Below are positions 1 to 9,837 of a stretch of DNA of 64,000 bases, one piece after another. The stretch is from contig JBGZSM010000069.1 in NCBI GenBank assembly GCA_041853585.1, forward strand, positions 867-64,866, written 5' to 3'. The number at the start of each line of letters is the position of its first letter. The first letter of the stretch is position 1. This DNA is from Filifactoraceae bacterium. Lineage in GTDB: Bacteria; Bacillota; Clostridia; Peptostreptococcales; Filifactoraceae. A model generated the notes under the pieces. That model was given only the letters and a program-made list of their open reading frames with translations. It did not search any database and was not told the origin of the DNA. The translations under genes were made by a program, and so were the position numbers.

Positions 1-500
1 CGGGAGAGTCCTTCCCGATTTGTAATCGCATCCTGAACGACGGTTTTTTCGGCAATTTTGGCATTGACCTTTTCTTCAATTTCGCCCAGGGTTTCCCAAC
101 TCATTTTCGGAATGTCGATGTCGATAGTCACAAAATCCGCACCCATGTGGAATCCGCGATTGTTACCCCCACATTCTCTGAGAATGATTCCGGACAGCAA
201 ATGCTCGCCCGTATGTTGCTGCATGAAGTCAAATCGTCGCTGCCAATCAATCGACATCTCGGCAATTTCCCCCTGCACTTTGTCCGCCATAATATGATGA
301 ATGATGCCATCCTTCTCCTGCACATCGAGCACCTCGACGCCGTTGATTGTTCCTTTGTCCGATGGTTGTCCTCCGCCTTCGGGATAAAAAATCGTCGCAT
401 CGCATATCAATTCATAATGTTTTCCATCTTCAATCCGCTTGATGATATTCGCGCGATATTGCGTCCGATAAGCATCTTCGTAAAATATTTTTTTCGTCAT
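1..500 (-). CDS. AlaX-like alanyl-tRNA editing protein (N-terminal part; gene runs off the window start)
   Basis: Absent from the ORF track because it is open at the window edge. Reverse translation from the ATG at 500-498 gives MTKKIFYEDAYRTQYRANIIKRIEDGKHYELICDATIFYPEGGGQPSDKG...DWQRRFDFMQQHTGEHLLSG. This matches the AlaX/tRNA_SAD pattern, including the HxxxH zinc motif. Confidence 0.7.
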   Translation of the reverse strand, partial: MTKKIFYEDAYRTQYRANIIKRIEDGKHYELICDATIFYPEGGGQPSDKGTINGVEVLDVQEKDGIIHHIMADKVQGEIAEMSIDWQRRFDFMQQHTGEHLLSGIILRECGGNNRGFHMGADFVTIDIDIPKMSWETLGEIEEKVNAKIAEKTVVQDAITNREGLS

Positions 501-743
501 TTGACTTCTTGCTCCTTTTATTTTTGTTTCCTGATTTCTTCCATGATTTCAAATTACAAAGAGTTTTTTCTTAATATCTATTTTGATTCCTTTATTTCCA
601 TTTTCCGTTTAATATCTTCCGTCAATTATATCATTTTTTATTCTTATTTCCAACTTCTCCCCTTTTCAAATGGTGTGCGCGCATCCGATTTTCATCAAAA
701 ATTTGTATGCAAACAATCCTATATCGTTTGTATGCAGAAAATG

Positions 744-767
744 CTATATAATAGGAAGAGATTTTTT
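744..767 (+). repeat. Copy 1 of a recurrent intergenic motif, ctatataataggaagagatttttt
   Basis: 24-nt exact match to 39204-39227. Related copies lie at 19767-19782(-), 39029-39046(+) and 48997-49021(-). All copies are intergenic. Confidence 0.8.
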
Positions 768-1004
768 AAGTGTCTTTATGAACAAAAAAGTTAAAGTGAA
801 TTTTGTAAAAAATAGCTAAAAATTCTTTTTGTATGTTACAATATAATCAAATCAATCGAATGACATGACACAATAAGAACGGATTTTAGTTGAAAAATTG
901 CAGTAAGGAAAGTGAAATTTGATTGATGCAAGAATGGACCTTTGTAATGTAGGCTTTAGCAGAACAGAAAATTGATTTCCTTTTGCTCAAAACAAGGAGG
1001 ATTT

Positions 1005-2042
1005 ATGACGGCGGATTTTTATAAAAAAGCACTCGACTGCTCTTCCGACGGTATTTTAATTACGGATGAGCAGGGCAATGTTATTTATGTCAACGAGCAA
1101 TATGAAGAAGTCACCGGATTGCAAGCATCCGATTTGCTCGGTCGGAATTTGGCGAAATTGCTGGAAGAAGGAATCATCAGCCGCGCCATATCGCTGGAAG
1201 TCATCGAAACGGGTCAAAGGGTATCGACCATACATAGTTACATCACCGGAAAATCGGCGCTCAGTACGGCAAATCCGATTTATGATAATGAAAACAAGCT
1301 TCGCGGAGTGGTAAACAACACGAGGAATCTCAATACGCTAATCGCTTTGCGTGAAGAGCTCAAGCAAAGTCAAGAGTAAACCAAACATTTTCCCGCAGAG
1401 GTTGTCCATCTGCGCCAGGTTTTGTCCAAGACCAAAAGTTTTATCTATCGCAGCAAACAGATGCAGCGCATCATCGATTTGTCTCAGCGCGTCGCATTGT
1501 ACGACAGCACCGTTTTGATCGAGGGCGAATCCGGAACGGGAAAAGAAGTGATGGCACGGCTCATCCACTACAGCAGTCCGAGGCGGGAAGAACCTTTTAT
1601 CAAGGTCAACTGCGCGGCGATTCCAAGCGAGCTTTTCGAATCCGAATTATTCGGTTATGAAAAAGGAGCTTTCACCGGCGCGAGTGCTATCGGTAAAATC
1701 GGTATGTTTGAATTGGCAAACAAAGGCACGCTTTTGATGGATGAAATCGGAGAGCTTCCTTCCAAAATCGTCGGATTATATCCTCAAAAAGGAGTGCTTC
1801 AAATCGGTTCGGATGCGGATATCGTCGTTTTCAATCCGGATTTTGAAGGTGTTATTACACATGCCGACAGCTATGAGGGAACGGACTATGCAGCCTATGA
1901 AGGCTTCCCGCGAAAAGGAATTGCCGAAAAAGTATTCCTGCGTGGAAAACTGATGACGGAAAACGGAAAACTCGTGGCGGAAAAAGGTAAAGGTCAATAT
2001 ATCAAGCCGAAACCTTATGCCTATGTATATCAGGTAAGATAG
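1005..2042 (+). pseudogene. Decayed PAS / sigma54-interacting AAA+ activator with an in-frame TAA, fused in frame to the C-terminal ~90 aa of a dihydropyrimidinase/D-hydantoinase
   Basis: The PAS-like N-terminus (ORF 972-1379, RBS-supported ATG at 1005) and ORF 1422-2042 are in the same frame, separated by TAA at 1377-1379. The second ORF has the Walker A motif GESGTGKE and Walker B motif [10 protein letters not shown]. It then switches abruptly at about nt 1760 to [26 protein letters not shown]...[23 protein letters not shown], which is a cyclic amidohydrolase C-terminus. Confidence 0.7.
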
Positions 2043-2057
2043 TTGTGAATCAAAAAA

Positions 2058-2079
2058 AGAGTCCAAGGACTCTATTTTT
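2058..2079. terminator. Bidirectional rho-independent terminator
   Basis: Hairpin agagtc-caag-gactct, flanked by an A-run upstream and a T-run downstream. It can serve both the + pseudogene and the minus-strand operon that ends at 2207. Confidence 0.55.
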
Positions 2080-2206
2080 GATTTGAATTTTTATTTTGCT
2101 TTTTGTATTTGAATTTCGATTTTGTTTCGCTCGTAAATTTTAGAATTTTGCTTTGCGTTTTCAAATTCGGATGTTCATTTCTCATTCCTAAATCCGATTT
2201 TGGATT

Positions 2207-2713
2207 TTACGCTGCCGGTTTGCTCATGCTGAATGATTTTTCAATTTCTACGACAATTCTTGTCGCTTTTTCAGCCGACACATTCAGTACGACGGCATGG
2301 ATGACATTTTCCGAATCGGCAAAGACCCAAGCTATCGATTTGTCGTCGTCTGCCACCACGCTCGCTTTTTGTGCGTCATATTCACCGATTTTGATATCTT
2401 TTTCGACTTTAAATTGCTCTCTCGTAACGCTGTTGTTCTCCATCGCAGAATCCATAAAAGCTTCCAGTGCAATATCGGTTGTCGTCTCTTCATCCGCCGG
2501 ACCGAAGTTCAAAAATCCAATCGTTGCGCCCGACATATTGTCCGTAAAAAATGCGCTGTTGTCATCTTTTTTGCCCTCTACCCAATCGCCTTTCACGGAA
2601 GCATATCCCAATCCATCTGCTCCAATCGTCATCAGCTTGGAGTGGGTACATGCCGTAACTAAAACAAGAATCAGCAAGATAGCCGACAGTTTGTAAATTT
2701 TTGTTTTTTTCAT
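2207..2713 (-). CDS. Lipoprotein of unknown function
   Basis: An RBS (aaaggagg) precedes the ATG at 2713. The protein begins MKKTKIYKLSAILLILVLVTAC, a lipobox signal peptide. It lies 45 nt downstream of the radical SAM operon. Confidence 0.65.
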   Translation of the reverse strand: MKKTKIYKLSAILLILVLVTACTHSKLMTIGADGLGYASVKGDWVEGKKDDNSAFFTDNMSGATIGFLNFGPADEETTTDIALEAFMDSAMENNSVTREQFKVEKDIKIGEYDAQKASVVADDDKSIAWVFADSENVIHAVVLNVSAEKATRIVVEIEKSFSMSKPAA

Positions 2714-2757
2714 TTGTTTTTCTCCTCCTTTTGTAATAAACAATTCCGCATAATGCA

Positions 2758-4080
2758 TCAAATAATATTTGGCGTGATGCGTCGTTTGATTTGGTAGCGA
2801 TAGTACAGATTCGCGCCCAAGTAAAACAGATAGCGTGCCGGTTGTTTGAAAAATTCTTTTCGAAGAATCGTCCGCTCCAAAATCGATCTCAGCTCAAACA
2901 CTTTGTTGTAGAGCGCCCAATATTCCTCCGTCAATTCTTCCGGCGTCATATTCTTCGGGATATGCACCGCCTGACTGCCATTGTAGGAATACATATCCTG
3001 AATGTAGATTCGATTCTGCGCCTTCATCTCATCATAGTATTTCGTGCCCGGAATCGGTGTCAAAATATAGAATCTCGGAACCACAATTTTGTTTTTACGA
3101 ATAAAATCCGCCGTTTGCCGAATCGATTCAATCGTATCTCCATCGGCGCCGACGACCATTTCGGTGGAAATGTCGATACCATGCCTTTGAATATTGCAAA
3201 TGAGCTTAGGATAGTCCTGTACCCTCGCCCATGATTTGTTCATGCTGTCCAAGCTCTCCTGCAAAATGCTTTCCAATCCGAAGCTGAGCGTTGTGCATCC
3301 GCTCTTCGCCAATTTTTCCAAAAGTTCATCGTCCTTGCCGATCTCGATGGAGCATTGGCTCATCCACTGCATCCTAAGCGGAATGATATAGTCGAGCAAT
3401 TCCATCATATAGCTGCGGTCGGACATGATATTGTCGTCCAGCAGCATGAATTTGCGAAAGCCGAGCGAGCGAATATGCTCTATATCGCGCACGACATCTT
3501 GAATCGGACGACGAATGTATTTGTTCTTATACAGACAATACACCGAGCAGAAGCTGCAGGACTTCGGGCATCCTCGTCCCGCCTGAACGGGAAGCATGTC
3601 ACCGATTTTTTTGTCGAGCACCAATTCGAATCGCGGCAATGGCGTATTGATTTCGGAAATCGGCATTTGATACTCGGATTTCAAATTGCCTTCTTCAAAA
3701 TCCTTTATCATTTGCGGATAGGAAAACTCGCCGTCGCCGATGATGACGGTATCGCAATATTTTTTTGCTTCCTGTGCCATCAGACTGACCATGTAGCCGC
3801 CCATAAATACGGTCTTGCCGCGCCTTTTAAATTCTTTGGCGATGTCGATGCTTCGAACGACCGCATGCCCCATGCTGCCGATGCCGATGAGGTCCGCATC
3901 GGTGTCGAAGGGAATATCCTCGATGGTTTCAAATATGATTTCAACCGTCCAGTCGGGCGGCGTGAGCGCTGCCAAAAGCGGCATTGCCAAGCCGACAAAG
4001 TATAGTCTCGATTTTTTAATCGGATTCTTGTCATTGTCATAGGGCGACGATTGAATCAACAGGATTTTTTTCTTTCTCAT
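2758..4080 (-). CDS. B12-binding-domain radical SAM protein (paralog 4 of the cluster, most divergent)
   Basis: N-terminal Rossmann-like segment (KKILLIQSSPY...DLIGIGSM), radical SAM motif CPKSCSFC, and a later FYILTPIPGTKYY segment. The ATG at 4080 overlaps the upstream TGA by 1 nt. Confidence 0.8.
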   Translation of the reverse strand: MRKKKILLIQSSPYDNDKNPIKKSRLYFVGLAMPLLAALTPPDWTVEIIFETIEDIPFDTDADLIGIGSMGHAVVRSIDIAKEFKRRGKTVFMGGYMVSLMAQEAKKYCDTVIIGDGEFSYPQMIKDFEEGNLKSEYQMPISEINTPLPRFELVLDKKIGDMLPVQAGRGCPKSCSFCSVYCLYKNKYIRRPIQDVVRDIEHIRSLGFRKFMLLDDNIMSDRSYMMELLDYIIPLRMQWMSQCSIEIGKDDELLEKLAKSGCTTLSFGLESILQESLDSMNKSWARVQDYPKLICNIQRHGIDISTEMVVGADGDTIESIRQTADFIRKNKIVVPRFYILTPIPGTKYYDEMKAQNRIYIQDMYSYNGSQAVHIPKNMTPEELTEEYWALYNKVFELRSILERTILRKEFFKQPARYLFYLGANLYYRYQIKRRITPNII

Positions 4081-5453
4081 CAACAACCTCTTATCATTTT
4101 CATAAAGTATTGTCGGCTGACAAAAGCGCTTCCCCACGACATTTTGAGCACTTCTTTGAGACCGTATTTTTTTATCATCTTAACGATGCTGCGCGGACGC
4201 ATCACAATGCGATAGTAGAGCAAAATGATTTGCCAATAATATGCTCGAATGCTCATATGCGCCGGTTGCAGAACGATATGCGCCAAATCCCACTTCGGAT
4301 AATCTTCGCGCGTGACGATGATGTCGTCGGCATAGCTCTCAAAAATATCCGTCCCCGGCAATGGGGTGAGCGGCTGCAAATTGACAAAGGTGATATCCAT
4401 CTCTTTGATATGTTTCTCCAGCTCGCGAAAATCATTCTTGCTGTAATCCAAATTGAGTATCATCGTCGCATACAGCTCAATCTGATATTTTTTGAGAATA
4501 TCGACCGCTTTGCGATTGGTTTCGACCGTCGTCTTTTTGTTGAAATTCTGCAAATCTTTTTTTCGAACGGATTCGATGCCGACGATGACGGCGCGCAATC
4601 CGTTTTTGGAAAGCCGCTCTATCAGCGCTTCGTTGTTGGCAATAAAATCCGCTCTGCCGTAAACCAAAAATCGCTTATCCAATCCTTCACGCTCGAGCAA
4701 ATCGCAAAATGTATTCAATCGTTTCGGATTGTATAAAAAATCATCATCCACAATGTAAATTTCCTGCTCCGGTATGCTTTTGAGCTCATCGATGACATCG
4801 TGAATGTCTCGCGCAAAATATTTGCCGTCGGTCACCTCTTTGCAGAAACAAAAGCTGCAATCGAAAGGACAGCCGAAGGAAGTTTTGACCAGAGCGCAGG
4901 GATTGTGGAACATATAATAATATCGCGCGCGATACTTCGCCACCTTGTGACGAGCGGGTGGATGATAAGGAAAGCTCGCAAGCTTCTCCTGCTTCATGCC
5001 GGCGCGATAGGTTCCGCGAATATGCTCATCGCTTAAATCATTTTGTTTTTTCTCCATCGCTCTGTCAACGATGCGCGAGAAAGTACCAATCGGGTCCGCG
5101 CAGATAATATAGTCGATATAATCGTCCAAAAAATCTTCGGGCACGACTTCCGCATGCACCCCGCCCGCCACCGTAATCGTTTGAGGCGAAATTTCTTTTA
5201 TAATGCGCGCATATTCTTTGACAACGCCGACATGGGTGATATATCCGGTAATCCCGACCACATCGGGACGGTATTTTTCGATATAAAATTCCAGCGGCTT
5301 TTTCTCCAAAATCATATCCAAGATTGTCACTTCCGCCTTTTTGTCGGAAATGTTGGCAGCCACATACTCGAGCTCCAGCGGCTCGCAAATCATGACATGC
5401 TGCAAACCGATGGTCTCTTTCGGAGGCCTCGGTCTAATCAACAGAATCTGCAT
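4080..5453 (-). CDS. B12-binding-domain radical SAM protein (paralog 3)
   Basis: MQILLIRPRPP...DVVGITGY...GGVHA, followed by TSFGCPFDCSFC (CxxxCxxC). RBS aaaggag. Clearly paralogous to the ORFs at 6078-7448 and 8355-9779. Confidence 0.8.
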   Translation of the reverse strand: MQILLIRPRPPKETIGLQHVMICEPLELEYVAANISDKKAEVTILDMILEKKPLEFYIEKYRPDVVGITGYITHVGVVKEYARIIKEISPQTITVAGGVHAEVVPEDFLDDYIDYIICADPIGTFSRIVDRAMEKKQNDLSDEHIRGTYRAGMKQEKLASFPYHPPARHKVAKYRARYYYMFHNPCALVKTSFGCPFDCSFCFCKEVTDGKYFARDIHDVIDELKSIPEQEIYIVDDDFLYNPKRLNTFCDLLEREGLDKRFLVYGRADFIANNEALIERLSKNGLRAVIVGIESVRKKDLQNFNKKTTVETNRKAVDILKKYQIELYATMILNLDYSKNDFRELEKHIKEMDITFVNLQPLTPLPGTDIFESYADDIIVTREDYPKWDLAHIVLQPAHMSIRAYYWQIILLYYRIVMRPRSIVKMIKKYGLKEVLKMSWGSAFVSRQYFMKMIRGC

Positions 5454-6078
5454 CTTTTCTCCTTTTTCGAAAAACGCTTACCAAAATCGTAGGCATCCAT
5501 CGCCTTACCCGAATCACGAACATATCCTGAATAACCAAATCGGGATTGCAAAGCGATATCACTTCCTGCTTGGAGAGATACTTCGCCATGCCTGTCGTCG
5601 TCTTGGTCAAGGTGAATGCGATTTTGTCATACCAATTGTTAACCGAGCCATGCGCCAGTATGAGCAGCCCGTCCTCTTTCAAAAGCGTCGTCATATCGCG
5701 CACCGCCTTTTGCTGATTCTCATAATAGGGCAAGGAATGTGTGCAGGTGATGATGTCAAATCGCTCCCCGATGCTCAAAAGTTCTCCGACATCCTTGAGC
5801 AAAAATTTGGCAGCGGTATTTTTTTGCGTCGCGACATCAATCATCCCCTGCGAATAGTCGATGCCGAGTAGGGAAACATCCTTTCCGAAGCGCTGCTCAA
5901 TATCCACCAAAAGCTGCCCCGTTCCGCAGCCGATGTCGAGCAGCTTCTTCCATTCCTCTGACCGGTATTTTGCAATCGTTGAGAGCACCGCTTCTCTCGT
6001 TACGGATAAAGAATATTTTTGCATCCACAACCGCTCGTAGCGTCTCGACCAGTAATTCCAAATTTTTTTATTCGACAT
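5434..6078 (-). CDS. Class I SAM-dependent methyltransferase
   Basis: Motif I LLDIGCGTGQL, with a downstream FDIITCTHSLPY segment. It overlaps both neighbours (1 nt and 20 nt). Confidence 0.75.
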   Translation of the reverse strand: MSNKKIWNYWSRRYERLWMQKYSLSVTREAVLSTIAKYRSEEWKKLLDIGCGTGQLLVDIEQRFGKDVSLLGIDYSQGMIDVATQKNTAAKFLLKDVGELLSIGERFDIITCTHSLPYYENQQKAVRDMTTLLKEDGLLILAHGSVNNWYDKIAFTLTKTTTGMAKYLSKQEVISLCNPDLVIQDMFVIRVRRWMPTILVSVFRKRRKDADSVD

Positions 6079-7448
6079 CAGTCCAAATACATCTTTCTCA
6101 GCAAGTATCGCGACAGCATTCTTTTGAAATATTTCAAATCCAAAAAGTCATACAGCCCCGCCTTGCGTGCTCTCTTGTAAAGTTTCATAAACAAATCGTA
6201 ATAATGACGATAGAATTGCTTTTTCGTCAAATTTTTCGGCTCGAGCACGAGATGTAAAAAATCCCAGTCCTCAATATTGTCCGAGATGATTTCATCCTTG
6301 TATTCTTCATACAGCGGCGTGCCCGGAATCGGTGTGAAAATCGAAATCGTGACATGCATCACCTGATTTTGAACAACCCAATCGTAAATTCTGTCAAAAT
6401 CCTCCTTGGTCGCTTCGACACCGACAATCATCAGCGCAATACATTCGCCGCCCGCTTCCCGAATGACGCGCACCGCCTGCTCATTGTTGGTTACGGAAGT
6501 TCGCTTATTGTACGCGAGCAATTCTTTGTCGCTCGTCGCTTCGAGTCCGACCAAAAAATATTTGAATCCGATATCGACAAGCGCTTGGACGATTTCTTTA
6601 TTTTGTGACACGAAATCGGCTCGGGCGTAACAAGTGTAGGTTTTTTGAATTCGATTCTCTTTGACCAGACGAATGAACTCCCACAGTCTTTTTTTATCCA
6701 CCAAAAAATCATCATCGACGATTTGAATATTATCGACCTCTATCCCGCGAAGCTCCTCGATGACCAAATCCAAATCGCGCACCTGATAGCTGCCCTGATT
6801 GAGCAAGGTGCAATAACAGAATTTGCAATCGAAGGGACAGCTGAACGATGTCTTGAGCGTCGCCATCGGCGTCATATCCAAATATCGAAATCGATGCTTA
6901 TGCTCGTAGAAAAAACTTCGCTCGGGAATCGGCAAGCTGTTGATATCGACTCGCTCATACGGATTGACAATCCAATTTCCCGATTTATCCCGATGACAAA
7001 GCCCGTTGATTTCCGATGGAGAAATCGCCGGCTTCACTTTCTTTTTCAGAGATTCAATCATCCTTATCAAGTCAACGAAGCCGTCCACCGATTCGCTGCG
7101 TACGATAAAATCGATGTTTTCATCATAGAAACGCTGATAATTCAGCTGCGCATGGACTCCTCCGACCAGCGTGACGATGCTCCTGCGAAACTTTTTCGCT
7201 TCGGCAAACATTCTCTTCATCACATTTTCATGAGTCAGATAGCCGGTGATGGCGACCACATCGGGATCGTATTTTTTTAATACCTTTCTAAAAGGCTTGT
7301 TCTCACAAATATAGTCAAAGATATAATCTTCGTAGCCTGCCTGCATCAAGCCCGTATGCAAATACTCCAACTCCAAAGGCTCATTGTCAAGCATGCCTGT
7401 AAAACTCAATTTATTCGGTGCCGGTGGTCTTACCAAGAGCACTTTCAT
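6078..7448 (-). CDS. B12-binding-domain radical SAM protein (paralog 2)
   Basis: MKVLLVRPPAPN...DVVAITGY...GGVHA, followed by TSFSCPFDCKFC. The start at 7448 was chosen from the RBS aaaagga. Confidence 0.8.
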   Translation of the reverse strand: MKVLLVRPPAPNKLSFTGMLDNEPLELEYLHTGLMQAGYEDYIFDYICENKPFRKVLKKYDPDVVAITGYLTHENVMKRMFAEAKKFRRSIVTLVGGVHAQLNYQRFYDENIDFIVRSESVDGFVDLIRMIESLKKKVKPAISPSEINGLCHRDKSGNWIVNPYERVDINSLPIPERSFFYEHKHRFRYLDMTPMATLKTSFSCPFDCKFCYCTLLNQGSYQVRDLDLVIEELRGIEVDNIQIVDDDFLVDKKRLWEFIRLVKENRIQKTYTCYARADFVSQNKEIVQALVDIGFKYFLVGLEATSDKELLAYNKRTSVTNNEQAVRVIREAGGECIALMIVGVEATKEDFDRIYDWVVQNQVMHVTISIFTPIPGTPLYEEYKDEIISDNIEDWDFLHLVLEPKNLTKKQFYRHYYDLFMKLYKRARKAGLYDFLDLKYFKRMLSRYLLRKMYLD

Positions 7449-7476
7449 AATATCCATCCTTTTCCAATTGAAGCGA

Positions 7477-8313
7477 CTACCGATGCTCTTCGCTCGGCAC
7501 CAAGTCAATCACCACATATTCCGGACGATTGTAAAAACGCGGAATTCTTGTCGATTCTCTCGCCAATCCGCGACTGACAATCATCTTGTAATTCTCAAAT
7601 TCATACAGCCCGCCCGCATATTTCGGAAACAATCCCTGATTCGGTGCGAGCAATCCGTTGAGCACACCGGGAATTCGCCATTGTCCTCCATGAGCATGCC
7701 CTGCCATCAAGAGATCAAAATCGCGATATTGCTCGTAGCGCTCCGGACGATGAGTCAGCAGAAGCGAATAGATGTCGGGCTCGATTGTTGACTTGGCTTT
7801 TTCCAGTTGATTTTGCCAAGCGGACTCCCCGATATCGACATCATCGATGCCGAACAAATTGACGCGCTCTCCGCGAATGTTCAGTTCCACTTTGTCGCCT
7901 TCAAGCACCGTGATATTGTAATCGAGAATCGCAGATTTTAATCGAAGCAGCTCCTTTGTCCAACATTCATGATTGCCCGACACATAGTAACTCGGATATT
8001 TTTCTCCCGCCCAGCTCAAAAATTCCCATGCCTTGTCCTCTGGCAAATTGTCGTCGATGATATCGCCCGCGAGGAGCAGCACATCGGGTCTGCTCTGCTC
8101 GATGGCTTCGGTCAAAGTATGCTGTTTTTCTCCGTAATTGCAGCTGTGCAAATCCGCAACGAGCGCAATTCGAATCGGTTTTTGAATTCTTGAATCGGCG
8201 ATGGTGTAGTTCACCACCTCAAGTCGTTGGTCCAATCCCATGCCCAGCAGCAAGGCAGCCGCTCCGGCAACCACCAACATTCGTTTATTCTTTCTTCTTT
8301 TGTTCTTCTTCAT
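7477..8313 (-). CDS. Membrane-anchored metallophosphoesterase (calcineurin-like, YkuE/YaeI type)
   Basis: N-terminal basic plus transmembrane segment, then the motifs IALVADLH, AGDIID, SGNHE and GHAHGGQ. Confidence 0.8.
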   Translation of the reverse strand: MKKNKRRKNKRMLVVAGAAALLLGMGLDQRLEVVNYTIADSRIQKPIRIALVADLHSCNYGEKQHTLTEAIEQSRPDVLLLAGDIIDDNLPEDKAWEFLSWAGEKYPSYYVSGNHECWTKELLRLKSAILDYNITVLEGDKVELNIRGERVNLFGIDDVDIGESAWQNQLEKAKSTIEPDIYSLLLTHRPERYEQYRDFDLLMAGHAHGGQWRIPGVLNGLLAPNQGLFPKYAGGLYEFENYKMIVSRGLARESTRIPRFYNRPEYVVIDLVPSEEHR

Positions 8314-8354
8314 CTTGCTCCCACTCTGCTGAATCTCATTTTGCGAAATTCAGC

Positions 8355-9779
8355 TTATTCCATTTCCAAATCGCGCCAATTCGCTTTGATGGCTCTTTCT
8401 CTTTTTCCGGCAGTCCAAAAATTTTTGATATAGACCGAAATCAATGTGTTGAATCCGAAAAGCATGCGCATCGTGTTGCCGATTGGAAATGCTTTGACGG
8501 TATACTTAACGGAATGTAAATTGAGATTAACGCCGAAAGTGAATTTAAGCACTTCCCAATAGTATCTGCGCAAGCTCATTTTGGACGGCATGATAAGCAC
8601 ATCGCCGAAATTCCATTTGTCATAATCCGTTTCGTCGTAGAGCAGTCGGCTCTTGTACTGCTCAAAAAGCGGGGTGAGCGGGTGCGGATTGAGCGGCGAA
8701 AAGGTCAGCAAGTCCGGCTTGAGCAATTTTTTGTACGCATTGAGCTTTTTGAAATCCGATTTATCCCAATCCGGATGCAAAATGAAGGAGCCCCAACATG
8801 CGATATTATGCGCGCGCAAAATTTCGGTCGCCTTCAAATTCTCGTCCACTGTCGCCGATTTATTATATTTTTTAAGCTGCGCATCGTCAAAGCTTTCATA
8901 GCCGACGATGACCGCAGTCAATCCGTTTTTTCTCAGTCTTGTAAAAAGTTCCGGCTTCTCTAAAATCGAATTGACGGAGCCGTAGCAGATATATTCTTTG
9001 CGAATATTTTTTTCTTCGAGCAGCTCGCAAAAACGCTCCAAACGCTTTCGATTGATTAAAAAGTCATTGTCGCAAATCATGATATAGGGCTCTTCCAAAT
9101 CGCCCAGCTGTTTGACGATGTCCTCAATCGGCACCTCGCGAAGCGCTGCTCCTTCAAGTTTCCAGCGCACGCAAAATTCGCAGCGATTTCGACAGCCGAA
9201 GGAAGTTTGAATCACCGCGCAGGGCTGAAATCCGACATAGCGATATTCCTTGCGATAGCGCTTGGTCGATTCGGTGTCCGGCACGATGTATTCGTTGAAA
9301 CAAAATTCCTTTTCATTTATAAAATCAAGCTCTTGACTGAAAATCCCTTCAATTGCTTCCGTCAGTTTTTCTCCCGTTTCAATTTTTTGCATCAATTCCT
9401 TGTAATTGGCTCTGGTCGTTGATTTGAATACATGATCGACCGACTCGTCAAAAAACGAATTCGGATAGACCGTCGCCTGCACGCCGCCGACGATGACCGC
9501 CGTATTCGGATTGTGTTTTTTTACGATTTTTGCAATGCCGAGCACATTTTCCACATCGGTGCATTGCGATGTAATCCCGACCGCATCGGGTAAAAATTTG
9601 TCCAAGTAGGCTTCGACTTTCGCATTCGTCTCCACCATAAAATCGGCGAGCAATACCTCATGCCCCTGCTCTTTCAAAATCGTCGAAACACATTCTATTC
9701 CGAGCGGCTCACCGAACAGAAAGTTTTTAACCGTTGTAATCTTCTTGTTGACCCAAGGTCTTATCAGTAAAATTCTCAT
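8355..9779 (-). CDS. B12-binding-domain radical SAM protein (paralog 1)
   Basis: MRILLIRPWV...DAVGITSQ...GGVQA, followed by TSFGCRNRCEFC. RBS gaggaaggga precedes the ATG at 9779. Confidence 0.8.
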   Translation of the reverse strand: MRILLIRPWVNKKITTVKNFLFGEPLGIECVSTILKEQGHEVLLADFMVETNAKVEAYLDKFLPDAVGITSQCTDVENVLGIAKIVKKHNPNTAVIVGGVQATVYPNSFFDESVDHVFKSTTRANYKELMQKIETGEKLTEAIEGIFSQELDFINEKEFCFNEYIVPDTESTKRYRKEYRYVGFQPCAVIQTSFGCRNRCEFCVRWKLEGAALREVPIEDIVKQLGDLEEPYIMICDNDFLINRKRLERFCELLEEKNIRKEYICYGSVNSILEKPELFTRLRKNGLTAVIVGYESFDDAQLKKYNKSATVDENLKATEILRAHNIACWGSFILHPDWDKSDFKKLNAYKKLLKPDLLTFSPLNPHPLTPLFEQYKSRLLYDETDYDKWNFGDVLIMPSKMSLRRYYWEVLKFTFGVNLNLHSVKYTVKAFPIGNTMRMLFGFNTLISVYIKNFWTAGKRERAIKANWRDLEME

Positions 9780-9837
9780 TCCCTTCCTCACTTTATTCAC
9801 TACTCCCGTTGCATTGTATCATATTTTTGTAGAATTT

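Noticed and set aside
147-794. 215-aa plus-strand ORF.
   Set aside because: Its first half is antisense to the AlaX-like gene, and the rest runs through an AT-rich promoter region. There is no RBS and no motif.
1377-1379. The in-frame stop in the PAS-sigma54 activator might be a recoding site.
   Set aside because: The codon is TAA, not TGA, and no hairpin follows. The gene is independently truncated and fused to an unrelated fragment, so decay is the simpler reading.
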